From NCBI GenBank assembly GCA_963920595.1, contig OY986946.1, positions 8,742,001-8,806,000 of the forward strand: DNA of 64,000 nucleotides, written 5' to 3'. Positions 27,001 through 40,522 of the stretch are shown here, piece by piece. Made by a program: the position numbers and the translations under genes. Numbering within the stretch: position 1 is the first letter of the stretch; each line of letters opens with the position of its first letter. This DNA comes from Eimeria praecox (taxonomy: Eukaryota). The notes beneath the pieces are model-generated. The model worked only from the letters and a program-made list of their open reading frames with translations. It was not told where the DNA came from and searched no databases.

Positions 27001-29864
27001 TCCGTCCTGCACTCTTCATCGAAGCTTTAGACCTCCACGAATATGGCCGACTACAGTTAGCCTATGAGGAGCTGGCAGTGATACTTTCCGATGGCCATTC
27101 CATGCACAGCATCATATCCGAACTTCGCTCCGTCCCCCTCCAAACAATAGAAGCACGAGGTAACTGAGATTTCAAAAAGCAAACATTCTTAGGCGGCGGA
27201 TCCGCTAGTGTCTTCTACTATAGCTTCGTTGCATGTGCGTGCTCACTTTTCCAGATGAGTATAAAAGACTTAAATCGCGGATAGAAGCTCTTCCAGTAGA
27301 AACAGTGGAAGCAGCCGCCGGTTGGTCCCTCCGGTACATGAGCGAAGGAAAGGGAGGTACGGATCTTGCGGTGGCTATGCTGGCTCTTAAAAGTCCAGAG
27401 GCAGGGCAGCTTAGCAGAGCTCTTCAGCTATCGCTGGCAAGCGTCGAAGTCCTCGCCTTCCTCAACACTTCCCTCAGCGTTGCCCGAGTGATAGAATACT
27501 TGGACAGGGCCTCACCGGAGGACTTGGCCCAACTCCGAATATGTAAGAGACAATTACCGCCATCATTATAGCGCAAAATAGATTTCCAGGCAGAGGAAAG
27601 CCTTCATACTGCAATGCATGCGTGTGACTGAATATTCGTGGAAAAACATTCGATGTTGTGGCCTCAGCACCTGGAGTTTTCAAAGCCTCTGCTCAAACTG
27701 AGCCCAAAAGCACTGCAATGAGCTTGCGAACAAAGTATTCCGTAATTCAAAGCATCTCCAATACTTTGGAAGCTCTTGAGTACCTGCAGATCCCAGTGAG
27801 CCAATTCACCAGAGAGTAGCAAAATCTGTATGACAATTCTTTTGGTTGAAACATTTCGCTGCTTTGGATTAGCTCTATCCGTTCGTTTCCTGTGTGCTTG
27901 CTCAGATGGGGGAACGAAGCATGTTTGAAATGTGCGACAACCTCCTACGGAATACACCCGAGGTGTTTTTCGGTGGTTCACTCGTTTCTGTAAACATGGA
28001 TGACCAAGTTGTCCTGTGCTATATCTTGACTGAACTTCTTAATTTCCAGCAATCTAAAGAAGATGAGGTCAGCCCCAATGACCTGGTTCAGAGTGCACGC
28101 GTTGATGGGAAACCTGTAAACATGTTTCTGCAGGACCTCGTTAACGCCAGCATCAAAAGCGAAACCCGCCTAATTATTGCCAATTCTGTGGCTCCGTTGC
28201 TTCGCGGCTTGCTAATTACGTTCGTGGGTCACGAAATAGGCCACCTCTCAGCTGCCCAATTCGCATCCGTTGATATGGCTACTGGCGTCTTGACATTCGT
28301 TATAACTAATCTCATTGAGTTTTCTAATGTCAATCCAACGAACCCTTTGAAGCCAGCAGAAGTTCTTAGAAAGATTGCACGCCTTGCTCTCGGGGCTGAG
28401 ACCCCCACTGAAGAGGGAGCTCCCCAAATCGTCGGTGCAACTGTTTCATGTGGGTCAAACCGCCAACTGCCAGGCATCGGCAGCACCCGATTAGTGCAGT
28501 AGTGTTGTGCAACGGTTTCGCTTGAGGCCTCCCAATATGTGCTTCTTAATTTCTTCCGTGGCTACTCCCCTGTTTTGTCTCAGATCCACCGGCTCTCGCC
28601 GACTGGTACACGATGGTTGACCCTGCAAAGCTTGAAGAACTCACCATGAATCCTGAGTCACTGTCGGGAGAAGCTTTAGCTGATGCTAGCGCGTCGAACA
28701 AGTTTATCGATATTGTGGATGTATTCTTCAGCTTGCGCCAATCGTCAACAATACAACCACAAGATATGATTGCGAAAGCTCGGGAGGTTTTAATGCGTAA
28801 TGAGGGCATGCCACTGCTTGACAGAGTTGGCCTCACCGTTTTTATATCCAGCTTTCTAAAGCTTGCCAAGCAAGCCAAGATAGACTGCCTAAAGGAAGCA
28901 ATGGAAGATATTGCCGGCTTTTTACCTCTTACATTGCAGGAGCAGTATTTCTACAAAGCTGACTGTTTCTTCAAAAAATTATTTGATGGAGGGGCAGCAC
29001 CAGAAGCAGCGAAAAATATAACAAAGGAACACTTGAACGAGGCCTTCAATGCGATAGAAACAGGTGAAGAAAAGCGCCGTACCACAATTTTTCTCTGGCT
29101 TTATAGCATTGCCTACTCCGCAGGATTTACATGATTTTTGAAGAACATGCTGCCTATTGTGATGCGAATGTTGTGCGTACAGCATATGCTGCACAAGCAA
29201 ACCAGCTCTACAACTTGATCTTAAGCAAGTCTGACGAGTTGCCAAGGGCTCTTGACAGAGGCTTTCAATACCTCCTGCATACGCCGGTGTTGGCATTGGG
29301 AAAAAGGGTAGTTGAAGAAGTCATTTTGGCAGTTGCTCAACGCAGTGGTTGGGATTCCCTCAACGATCGGTTACAGTTACTAAAGGAAGTCAGCTGGTCG
29401 TTGCAAGAGCGGACTCCACTACGCAAAAGAGCACTGGACAAAGAAAGCCGCCCCAAGCTTTTCAACCCAATCCACATTGCTGCTGACATCCTGGCATTCA
29501 TGCTAACTGGTGAGGTCCCAACTGTGAACGCCCAAAAGCAAGTAAACAGCGCTCACGCGTCCACAGATGAAATTTTACTCACACAATGGCTATGGTTTAC
29601 CATTACTGTGCCGCTTCAGGACGCTATGAGAGAAAACGGCTCCCTAAGCCACTGCTCTTCAAGCGTGTTGCTGCTACTACAAAGATCATTGTGAGGAAGC
29701 TTCGGCCAACTAGCGAAGGGCAGGACAGAGCAGTGCGAATGGCAGCAGCCCAAGGCCTCCGTGAGGATCTTAGTGGCCTTCTATCGCCTCAAGAAGTGAG
29801 CAGTGCCCCTGTTCCGGCTGAAGAAGTCAGCGATGCCTCCACGACCCCTCTGCCGTCTGAATAA
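21050..29864 (+). CDS. RON3: Large secreted apicomplexan protein (~2,000 aa), most like rhoptry neck protein 3; multi-exon
   Basis: Signal peptide (FSTILALLGLLGIWIGAASCA). N-terminal blocks NPFLRFV, LDLILANRGGQ, STAFDETF, VLPGGVFGSVLKSLSRSFMLVFYPAYASFRGIFSLMIG and ITLLFQLHAVDVRDI match my recollection of the RON3 family (not verified by search). Consecutive same-strand exon ORFs with GT-AG ends run to TAA at 29862-29864. The exon 2 acceptor is uncertain. Confidence 0.7.
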
Positions 29865-32800
29865 AAGAGAGGGTTGCTCCAGCGGTGATCTCCTTGTACC
29901 TCATTTAATTGCTGGCGCTGCGTGCTAAGCAGGTGGAAAGGTTTAATTACCACCGTTAATTTGTTTAATTATGTAAGTTTAACTTGAATCGAATAAGAAT
30001 GTTTTACGAAGTATCTCGATGAAATTTTTTGCGGATCGGCAAGAGTGCTAAATCTGGTTCTGCCGTGCTGCCAGAGCAGTATACATCGCGAAATCCTGCA
30101 ATGAATTGAAATTAATCGTTTTGAAGAAGTCAGCTCGCCGCAGCACACATGCCCTGTGGTTCCCGCGGCCAGCCATGCAGGTTTCCCAGAATCTGCACGA
30201 ATCAATTTCACTAACGAACCCCCTTTTATATATAACAATTCTTCAACTGGCAATCCTTCCACGCGTAATTAACATAGTCCCTGCAAATATGTAGAACTTT
30301 GGTACAATATGCTGCAAGTTCTAGCAAACGTGACATCGACGCCTGATCGCCTAGCTAGCTTAGATCGCAACGCCCTCAGATGCCTACGCCCACTTCCCCT
30401 TCAGCAGTGTGCGTAAACGTTTTATTCACAACTGCCTAGGCCGGATGCCCCATTGCCCCACGTCTATTGCATGTCTGAGACCGTCCATACGGGTGCACGC
30501 GATGTTAAGGATGAAGCCAAAGGAAACAAGTAAGCCTAACAAACCGGTAGGAGCCACTTCGCCTGTCACTGCTAATGCAATCCTTTTGAACTGATGGACC
30601 GTTCTCAAGGTACAGAAAACTCCCGGCAACCCTTAGTTTCGCCCAGGGTTTCAACATCACTCGCATTTTTACTAAGTCATGCCACCACAGTTGGCTCACG
30701 CTTGCAACAGCGAATGATGCCCTCCTTAGCCATCCACTATCTGCCCTAAAATTCGGCTTCAGTTGGACGGAACTGGTCAGGTGGGGTTCTAACAAGCTTC
30801 AAGGCAACCAGTATCGCCGGAAGCAACAGGCGAATTCGGGCCCTCAGCTTCACTAGTCGTAGATAGGATAAACAACCCACTCGACTGAATGCGCTTGACA
30901 GGAAGAGCGCGATCAACACTGCATAAAGAGTTGCAAAGAGAGCAGCTGCCTTCAACCACTAGCCCCCCCCAGATGGAGGAGGTGGCTGCTGGTGCTAAGA
31001 TTAAGCAGATTATCTTCTTAAAGTTCGAATGCGACATCCAACGGCAGAAATTCGGAGATGTGCAACAGGTCGAGACTCGCATCAGCTCCCCGGCTCGATG
31101 AAACAGCAACCCCCCTAAGGTACGACTGTCGAACGCACGTCCGATACACCTGCTGCCCACGCAAGACCACATCCCCTTCAACCTGAGGATGCACCATTAC
31201 TCGCCAGCACATAGAGGCCTGCAGTTAAAGTTCAAATGGAATGGAAAAGAAAAAAGCACCTCGGTCAGGCAAATGCTGCATACTTGTTCGCAACCCCCCG
31301 CGCACGTATGACTTTGCTGCTTCCATTCATAGAAAGACTATTTCACCCCATTCACCGGCTTCCCCATACATAAGAGACCTTTCCCATTAAAGAAAACGAT
31401 GGCAATAGTCGCATTTGACTGGCCGGGGTGAGTCGCAAAGATAACCACGTTTCGCTACATTCCCTACAAAACGCTACGCAAACCATCCCTCAAACCCTCT
31501 TGTACAAACTCCCGAGCCTCCAATAACCGAAATCTGATTTGCATTCGCGGAATTTCCAACTCGCCGGCTGATGCATGCCTCCTTCCCCTTCCTTACACAG
31601 AAGTGCGGCGTAATGCCAGTCAGTGTGGAAGCAACAAACACTTCTAGCTGATGGAACTTCAGCAACGCACTCAAAAGCGTTATTTAGAAACCCACAGCTG
31701 CGTCACTTGGCTCGTGCTGCACTGGTAGAAGGCCGCACATGCCTGCCTTCGCACGAAACGCACACGCGGGGTGTTCTGCACAAATCGACGAAGTAAGAGC
31801 AGGCCAGCTTCCCCAATACTTCACTCTAAACTCATTTCCGTAAATTCCTGTTTCCAACTGCCTATTTAAGACTCGCCTTAACGATTGGTTGCCGTGGGTG
31901 TGGGCCGGGCACGTTGCCTTCCTAAGGTCCAAGCGAGCAGTGGAACAATGCGAAGAGGGCGGTACGTAAGGGAGAGACACGCTCTTGAATCCTCATAATA
32001 AGTAAAGTTGAGCTATATAGAAATAGAATAACGTTGTTGTGAATGGGGGGGGGACGGTGCGTGAGCAGCAGCCAATACTTCGCAAGAAGGCGGTAGCCGT
32101 GGAGGCGGCTGTACGTGTCCTTCAGCAGCAGCCGCAGGAGTAACAACTGGAAGCAGCCAGAGCTGACACCTGCTGTGCGCTATGGCAAGCAGAGTTTCGG
32201 TTCAAAACAACTCTTTGTCTGTTATTTGGCTCTTGCGTGTCTGCTGAACACTCCCTCTGGCGTTCGCCTCTCGTGGGGCGCTCCTCACCACCGACTTCAC
32301 CACTGGGGCATTATCACGCCTGATTAGCCACACGCAACAGCAGGTGCTCGGCGGCGGAGCCAGCGGAAGCAACTCAAACCCTTCGACCCCTGCACAATAA
32401 CCCCGGGTCCCCGCCCCCCACTCAACCCGCCTGGTACACCGCCTCCAGCGCGCCTCCCAGCTTGCATGCTGACGTTTTCTGGCGATTCGGAGCTGCAAAG
32501 CCCCGTCGCCTTTGCAGCGGGTCTGCCGTCAGCTCCCAGTTGCAGCGAGCTTGCAACAGGTGCGACACCGCTCTTGCTTTTCGAGTTTCCCTACATACAC
32601 GTCTGCGCTTCTTAGCCTCTCATTTCATTGCTGGCCCCGACTGTTTTCGTAGGCCGCCCTAGTCTATACCTGAACAGCTGGGCAGCACCTGCAACGTTTA
32701 GGGCGGAGTCAGCACCTGATATTGCATGGACAAGGCTAAACGGTGCATGCGGGTGGAGGCGAAGTCGAATGCTTTCCGGAGCTGTAGAGGACACTCAGAG

Positions 32801-33378
32801 CTGTCCTGCGTAGGAGCAGCGCTGCCTCGCAGGGTGTGACGCTTCCCACGTGGCAACACACGAAGTGGGGGCCATATGCAGACCAACCGAGGGCCAGAGG
32901 CCGGCGATGATCGCAGCAGCAGGTGCTCTGGCCTGGCATGGTTGAGCTGCCAAATGCCGCCCCGGCGCAGCAGCAGCCTAGAGCGATAGCAGCACTAGCT
33001 GCAGCACCAGCAGCGCTTCGTGGTTTGTGTGTAGAGCTGCTTCGTGGGTTTCGCTCTCTCGAAGCTCGGCAGCTCTCCCCCAAGTTCTCTGTCTGAGGCA
33101 GGCCTTACACTTGCAGGGACCGCCACACCTGCGTCTTTTTGCTGCAGCACAAGTAGCAGCTATCGCTCCGGCAGTAACCCAGCAGTAGCTGAAGCTGCCG
33201 CAGCAGCTACGGAAACATCGCATGCACCGTACATTTGACATACCAACCGCATCCGATGGGCCCGCGGACGCTTCAGATTGTGCTGACGTCTTAAAGGAAA
33301 TCTTCAGCTGCCCTTGGCAACTCTCAGCATAAGTGGAACAATTTGGAAGGACCGTCTGCTGCACGTACCACACAGAGA

Positions 33379-33660
33379 ATGCCTGCTGTTGAAGGACCGG
33401 CGGCCGCTGGCGGGGCAGGAGGAGGGGGCGGGGTTATGATGCTACCTTCGCACCCGTTGTATTATTTCTCCACGCACAACGCCTTGCGGGGGGCCGATGG
33501 AGATGACCTGCATTTCCGGGTTTGCTTTGAAGAGCTGCATGGCTCACGTTCCTGCGAACTAGACGTTTACCCGTTTTACGACGTACAAATGGTCAAAAGA
33601 CTGCTCATCAAAAAACTCAGGCTCCCCGCGTCTATGCAGGTAATATTTGTTATGCAATGC

Positions 33661-33699
<39 letters not shown>

Positions 33700-36600
33700 A
33701 ATTAACTACATTTACCAATGTACAGAAGCTCTTCCGCACATGCACAGGGTCCGCGTTCTGCTGTCTACCCTTGTCAAAACATGAGTCGAGCCCCATATGC
33801 TCATTATCCAGCTGTTTGGGTCCTGCTCTGCTCGCCATGTTGCCATCAGTTATGACAAGGGGACTAAACAGGGAGCAGTTGCGCAAACAGTTCTGTGTAT
33901 GCTGAGCTCGGTGCCGCCCAGAGCAGCCGTAGCAGTAGAGGCTACTGCTCAAGCCCTGCATGCTCGCTGGGCCGATTTTATATGTATAAACGCGTGCATA
34001 ACCGTGCATTCCAGTAGATCCTTGTGGATGTGCATGCATACAAACCAAATGCGCACATGCAACCAACCCCATGCTGGAGCTCATCTTGCGAGTGGGTGTT
34101 CGTGTGCATTCAGGTAAAAGATGTACGCTTGATATTCAGGGGAAGTGAATTGCCCAACTGGCGCCCCATGACGGTCTTCTTCGAAAATCCGGTCAAACGG
34201 CTGCTATGGGCCGTTAGGGGTGGCAGTGCTCAGGCCTCCATCAGACCTTTTGCGCGCAGCCAGACCTTTCGCAGCAAAGAGCTCCTCAGGATTCTCGAGG
34301 AAGTGAGCTTCTTGCTTCTGCCGTTGTCGTTGCAGCTATAGCTGCATCGAAACCTTGCTTTCCCCTTTGGCTGCTGTTGCTTGTGGCATTGGGCTTCTCG
34401 ATTGTTACGGTGAAAGGTCCGCTGTACCGGACCCAGTGAGGTGGCTTTGCCCATCACATGCGATAATCTTGTCGTGCTTGCTCTTTATTGAGCTAGCTGT
34501 TGCTGCTAACACACTGGTGTGCTTGCGTTCCCGCCTCCCCTCGGGTGTGCAGGTTCGTCTGGGCTTTCGAAGGAACGTGGCGCCCAAGCTGACCATGGAT
34601 GGCACTGGTGGCACTTACATTTTGTTTGATGGCCGTCGGCGCCCAGTGGCTGTGTTCAAGCCTGAGGTGAGGCAAAGCTCAAGAGAAACCTCAGTTTAAT
34701 AGCTGCTCCGATCGCTGCGGTATTCTACAGATAGCTTTTGTGGCATTTGTCAGTTGTGTAGATGTAACGGTTGGCACTTGCGTACACAACGCATATATTC
34801 TCTACAGCAGCAGTAGAAGACAGCCGGAAGCGTACTATATTAGGAACCCGCATTTTTGGCAGTGCGCAAGCTTTGGTATCAGTTTCGTTTGTTTGGGTGC
34901 GTCTTGCGGGCTTAGGACGAAGAAGCCTTCGCCCCGTGTAATCCGCGGGGCTATGAGGGGCGTCTGGGGCAACAAGGGCTGCGTGGAGGTGTGCTGAGCG
35001 GAGAGGGGGCAGGACGTGAGTTCGCAGCTTACCTTCTCGACGCGAGTTATGGCGGGTTTGCTGGCGTTCCGGCAACTATGATGGTGGAGGCGTGCCACCC
35101 GGCATTCTGCAGCAAAGGCCAAATCGAAGTGGGCTGCCTCGCATGTTTCGCATTCCTTCTGTTTCTTCATCTATAGCGCAGTCATTGCTGCTGTGACGCG
35201 CAGGCGCATTTCAGGCACACGCAGAAGAGTAGCCACCGAAGTGGTTGGCGCATTCTTATTTCGTTCTGTTTGTGTTGGCTTTGGTGGGGTGGGTTCAGGT
35301 CGATGGGGACGTGATGATGAGCACATACGTTCGCAGCGAGTCGTCGCCCAGCGTGTCGTGGAAAGTTGGCAGCTTCCAGGCTTTTGTGGAGGCCAAGGTG
35401 CGTCTTTCTGTGGTGTGGGCGTTTGCTTACGTGTAAGGAGGGCACCGCCGCATCCGCATAAGTACAAGTCCCAACTTGTTGCTGCTTTCTTCTGTAACAG
35501 GAATGTGTCGGAAACTTTGACGCTCGGCTCTTCTCTGTTGGAGATGTGCACCGTATTGCGATATTTGACTTGCGTGTCATGAACCTGGATCGGAACGACA
35601 GCAACATTCTGGTGGCCCCTGTGGTGGGGTACCAGAAAGAGGCGTCTGCGGGGAGCAGTTCTCGCAGCCTTCGTGCCTCGGATGGGGTTGTGAAGCAGAT
35701 CCAGAGCAAGCTGCTGCGCAGCGTTTCTGCTGTGGGGTCTTGTGGAACACAACTCTGCGTTGCTGACAAGGCGGCAGTGGCAGGTGCGGAAACAGCAGCA
35801 ACTGCAGCGTCTGGGGTATTGACGCCCGATGGAAAACCAACGAAGTGAGTGCGCAGGTTTCTCTGGCCTTTCATACGCAGCCTGGATAGATCGTAGCCAC
35901 TTAACACACTTAGAGCCATTTACCTTGAGATGTTGCTTCAGGTGGTCCAACCGCAGGTTTCGTCTAATTCCCATTGACCACGGGATGATCTTGACGGATG
36001 TCCTGGACGTTGCGACCCTAGACCTTGTTTGGTTTGACTGGCCTCAGAGCAAAGTGAGGAACTGCATGCTACCGCAGCATTTTGCTAGTTCATGTGTTTG
36101 GCAAAGTAGTAGCCTTTGGTGTGCGACTGTGGGTGTCTACGCGTTTTGCACTTGGGCTGCCATAGGGGCGGTCGCCAGCAAGCTGATACTTGTGGCTGTG
36201 CTGCTTGCAGTTGAGTTTTAAGCGTTGTCAGTCATGCAGCCCTCTTGTGTTTTAGGATTGCCGTGTATTTTGATCCTTTCTCTGTGTGCGGTTTTCTTAC
36301 CGTCAGGAGCCATACAGTGAAAGTGAACTGCGCCTGATATACTCATTTGATGTGGATAAGGACTTGGAGCGCTTGTCACGTCGGGTTGCCTTGAGGGACA
36401 ATTGCCTGAGAACTCTTCGGCTCGCCACCAAGCTGCTGCAAATCTGCGCACGGCACCACTTGACGGTTCGGGAGACGGCAACAATTGCAGTGCGCGACGA
36501 CTTTGACATACCTTCACCATTGGAGCACTTGGTGAGCATCTCTTCACACTCTCTACTGCAGATGCCGGTGCTGCTGTTGCTTCAGTTGGCTGCATACTAG

Positions 36601-38861
36601 GGGAACTCTTTAGCCTTAAGAACACAGATCTAGATCCACCAGTTCGTTCCTTTTGCTGGCTCAGTCACTTCGCCGCGTCCTGGTTTGTCAGTGTATTACC
36701 AACAGCACAGCAATTTGCAGGGAAGGGGAGGGCTTTTTTGTGCGAACATGCTCTTGGGGACGCGCAGATACGACGGAGCCTTGAGATTTCTTACCTTGCC
36801 TTGGATTCCACGTCGCTGATGAGCACCAATAGGCTAGGTTTCGGGATAATGGACCTTGCCGAGTTGCAGGGAGACCCTGGGAAGCAGCAAGGGCGGCGCA
36901 CGTCATTCGAGGCAAAGCTGAAGAAAGCCTTCAAGAAGAAGAAGAGGGGTGGAGATGAGGGACCTGCAGAGGAGACAGCTGTTGAAGCAAATGGAGTTTG
37001 CAGTCGCTGCGGTGGCTTCGTTTCTGCAGCTGGAGCAGGGGCAACCACCCCCCGTGGCAGCATTTCAGTCAGTTGCACAGTCCCATCAACAGTTGATGTG
37101 GATGGGGAAGTAGACAGTGAAGACCTGGAGGAGAGACCGTTGGTCAGGTCCTGCACGACCATTGAGGCATGGAGCGATGCGCGCTCCCCCGTAGGGGCGC
37201 ATACTGAGGGGGACGGCTCTAGCGAATCAGGAGAGCCTCTCAATACCGCTGCTGGAGCTGTACCCAGAGCAGCAGCTCATCAACCTGAAGACGCTGAGGG
37301 GCTGGCTCCTGTTGGAGGTGCAGTGAATGCAGAATGTGAGCGACAGACTGGCGGCGCCATCGCTCCCTGCCGATGCGGGGAGAGAATGGAGCGCCGCAGC
37401 AGCAGCAGCATGGGCGATTCAGCGGACAGCACCAGCGACAGCGACCTAAGCAGCAACAGTCTGACCACAAGTAGCAACGACGGGACGCATAGTAGCTGGA
37501 CAAGCAGCCACAGTGACGAGGATAGCAGCAAGTCGGCTTCGGAACCGGAGGAGCGGCTGGCTCCCCCCACCTTCGGTAGCTTCCAAGCACCGGGGGCGGC
37601 TGGAGGTCCCCTAAGACATCTTCCCAGCGCTGCTCTGTTCCGATACCCTTCGGGGGAACCACGGCTTTCAGGACGCCGTAAACGCCGAACGTCCCGTAAC
37701 CGACGACGCAAGGCAGAGACAGAGACGGAGACAAAGACAGATGACGCAGCAACTTCTGGTCCCTCGCCTCCTCGCAATGAACCGGATGTATTTGGCAACA
37801 GGCACACAAAGGGCACCATCAGGAGGTACGTTTTTGTTCCATCCTCCGTATTGAACAGCTGCCAAGGCGAGGACAGTTCAGTGTGGTTGGGAAAACACCT
37901 TTAAGCGGCGAAGTCGGTGCAGTACCTACCACATAAGCCTGCGCCTAGCGCCTTTCATGGGCTTGAAGGCTTCGGTGCTGCGGCTCTTCCGTTTACTTTG
38001 TCACTGCTACTACTACACTGCTAGTTCTGCCGATAGATATGAACATAGTAGTGCATATATTCATGCACGCGAATGTGCCTGTCTTCGCTACGGTCTTTGC
38101 GCAGGCTAAACGGGACTGCGCGAGGCACCGGATGCAGGCCGAAAAAACAACCCTCCGCGACGACAAGCACGTGGAGTCTGACGGACTCGAGCGGTCGTGT
38201 CATATTGCTCGATTGGCGCGATGGCCGCCTTGAAAAGTGAGACCATCTGTGTGCATATCATGCACATACTTATACACTGTAAATGCACATGCGCACGCCA
38301 TCCTCAGGTGCAAGTGAACACGGCTGTGTCAGGTTTTTACTGGCATTCATGCGCTTTTTCCTGGCATAGTTGTTTATTGGAAATACTGAGGTGAAAGGTA
38401 AATAAGTGTAACAACAGTTGTGTTTAATTTAGATTGCCCTATGCGTTATGCGTTTCTGTGTGTATAGGCTTTTTTTCGAAGTTTACGAATCTCTGCTAAG
38501 ACAGCACATTCTGCACAATCATCCTCAGTGGTTTACATACCCCTACAACGGAGAGGCGATTGAGCGTAGCGAACGTCGACAGCAAACGTTTCGTCGGGAG
38601 GAGAGTTCAACCCTTGTCACACCCCTTGTTGCTGCGCCTACAGTGCAAGGAAACTCGCAGCAAGTTAATGCAACAAACACACATCGCAGGCTTAGCTCTG
38701 AGGCAAGTGATGATGCCACAGCCAATGCCACAGGCCACCAATCTACGCATAAACATATCAGATCTGTGCAGCAGCCACAGCCACAGTCACCACGCCAACA
38801 CGAGGACAGGGCGCCAGCAGCATCTCGCCAGACGCGCTTCAACATTTCATCAGACGCGTGA
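33379..38861 (+). CDS. Type II phosphatidylinositol 4-kinase-like protein (PI4K-gamma-like) with N-terminal ubiquitin-like domain; 11 exons
   Basis: UBL-like segment ([17 protein letters not shown]...[11 protein letters not shown]). Kinase motifs [86 protein letters not shown] and [12 protein letters not shown]. All exons join in phase at GT-AG sites. Stop TGA at 38859-38861. Confidence 0.9.
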
Positions 38862-40522
38862 ATACTATCATTGGTCCGCCGTTACAGAGACGAAGGAGTA
38901 TTTATTCTTCTCCCGCTCATGACGAGCCCTGCCCAGCTTCCTTCTTCTGGGCTGGGCTGCGTGTCATTGAGTTCCTGCAAATGACACAGCACAGCAAAAT
39001 TAAGGCGCCCATCGTGGAGTTCAGAACAATCGACGATTTTGCAATCGAACGCGGCCATTTCGCTCGTGGTGGCAACCGTGTCCTTTTGCCTCATGCACAC
39101 ACAGGTGTGCCGCTTCTGTAGCGTGCTGCGTTTTGGGAGGCGCAACAGAAGGGAGAGCAAATGGTAGAGTAGATGGGACAGTTACTTTTCACAATTACTT
39201 TTGACCGTTACTTTTCATGCGGCAGCGAGGTCGACACCGGCAGGTGCGCAGAGCAATGCTGGCTGCGCCTTCGGCTTGCGCTTTCTCGTTGGTTGCTGTC
39301 AAGAGTCAGGGAACACAGCAGGCGATCCGTACAGCTGCCTGGCAGCCTGCATACAAGCGCCTCTTCCCGTTATGATGCATTGCGGCGCAGTGGCAAGAGA
39401 TAGTGCATACACACATGCCTCTCCTCATGCACGGGCGACGTATGGGTCGTATGTACGCCACGGCAGGGAGCCTTGCAGCTGGCGCTCGCCAGCATGGCAA
39501 ACGGTTTTTTCGAACTCGTACATTGGCTGCTTTTCCTGCCAGCTGCTTGAAGTATACTTTGTTTGTAATTAGCTGCTTAGAATCCCACGTTTGCATGTAT
39601 ACTTAGTAGTCCTAGACATACGACTACAAGTGCAACTACATATATACTCCAGACCGAGTTCACAACGCGTGACTGGTGAACTCTGCTAGATCAACACCTG
39701 GTCAAAGTACCGAATGAGCACTATAATTTAAAATTGGGGTACGCATTTGGCGCTATGCCGCGACGTGTTGAATGTACACTCTGCTTCGATCCCGAGCGTC
39801 TCAGTATGAGTTCTGCTGCCCATTTTCGAAAAGATAAAGCATGACGAAGCCTAACATGCAGTGCTGTTGTCTTCACTGGAAACGAGCACTTGCGCCACAC
39901 ACACGGTGGCTTCACTTGCATCTAGTGCAAATCGCTTGTTAGTTCCACAATAGGCTTCCATTTGCAAACTGAAGCCTCATAGTGCGGAGTATCCGAAAAC
40001 GCCACTCCTGTGTTGGACACTGGGGCCTAACGGATGATAACCAGCGGGCAGGAGTTTATGTAGCACTGATTTTATGCAAGTCGATCTACGGCCCGAGGGA
40101 CGAAATCACGTGCGACTAATCTGATCACGCAGTGACCCCCGTACTTCCGCATCCCTGGCAATCTATCTAGCGTAAATAGTCCCCATATTCAAGTGGAGAT
40201 TGTATGTGTATTAAATAAAATCGATAATGACGAGCATGCACGACTGCTTCCTGATGCTGCTGAATCAGGTCTGGTGGCAAGCCAGGCAAGAGCAACCCCA
40301 CCACTTGTGGAACGTGGCTGAACTGGTGTTTCGTGCGATTGCTGCAGTCGTTCCATTGACAAGATCTCGGTTTAAGCTAACAACAACTGCAGTAATATTG
40401 ACGAATACAGGTTCAACAACGTGTTCTAGACACAACATCGCCTTCCCAGCGGCATAAACTCCTGACCAGCTGCAGAGCCCATCACCAAAACTTACCTCCA
40501 CTGCACATCCGGAGGCTCGAAG

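Noticed and set aside
30400..32000. Possible gag or other retroelement relic between RON3 and the PI4K gene
   Set aside because: Only a vague Cys/His cluster near 31120-31160; no ordered motifs that I can support.
10633..38861. Functional clustering of RPN1 (a UBL receptor) with the UBL-PI4K gene
   Set aside because: They are 16 kb apart with an unrelated gene between; eukaryotic gene adjacency alone is not evidence.
40030..40130. Possible C/D snoRNA or hammerhead-like RNA upstream of SHMT
   Set aside because: The C box is imperfect (ATGATAA), there is no convincing terminal stem and no CTGANGA core. It would need an Infernal/Rfam search.
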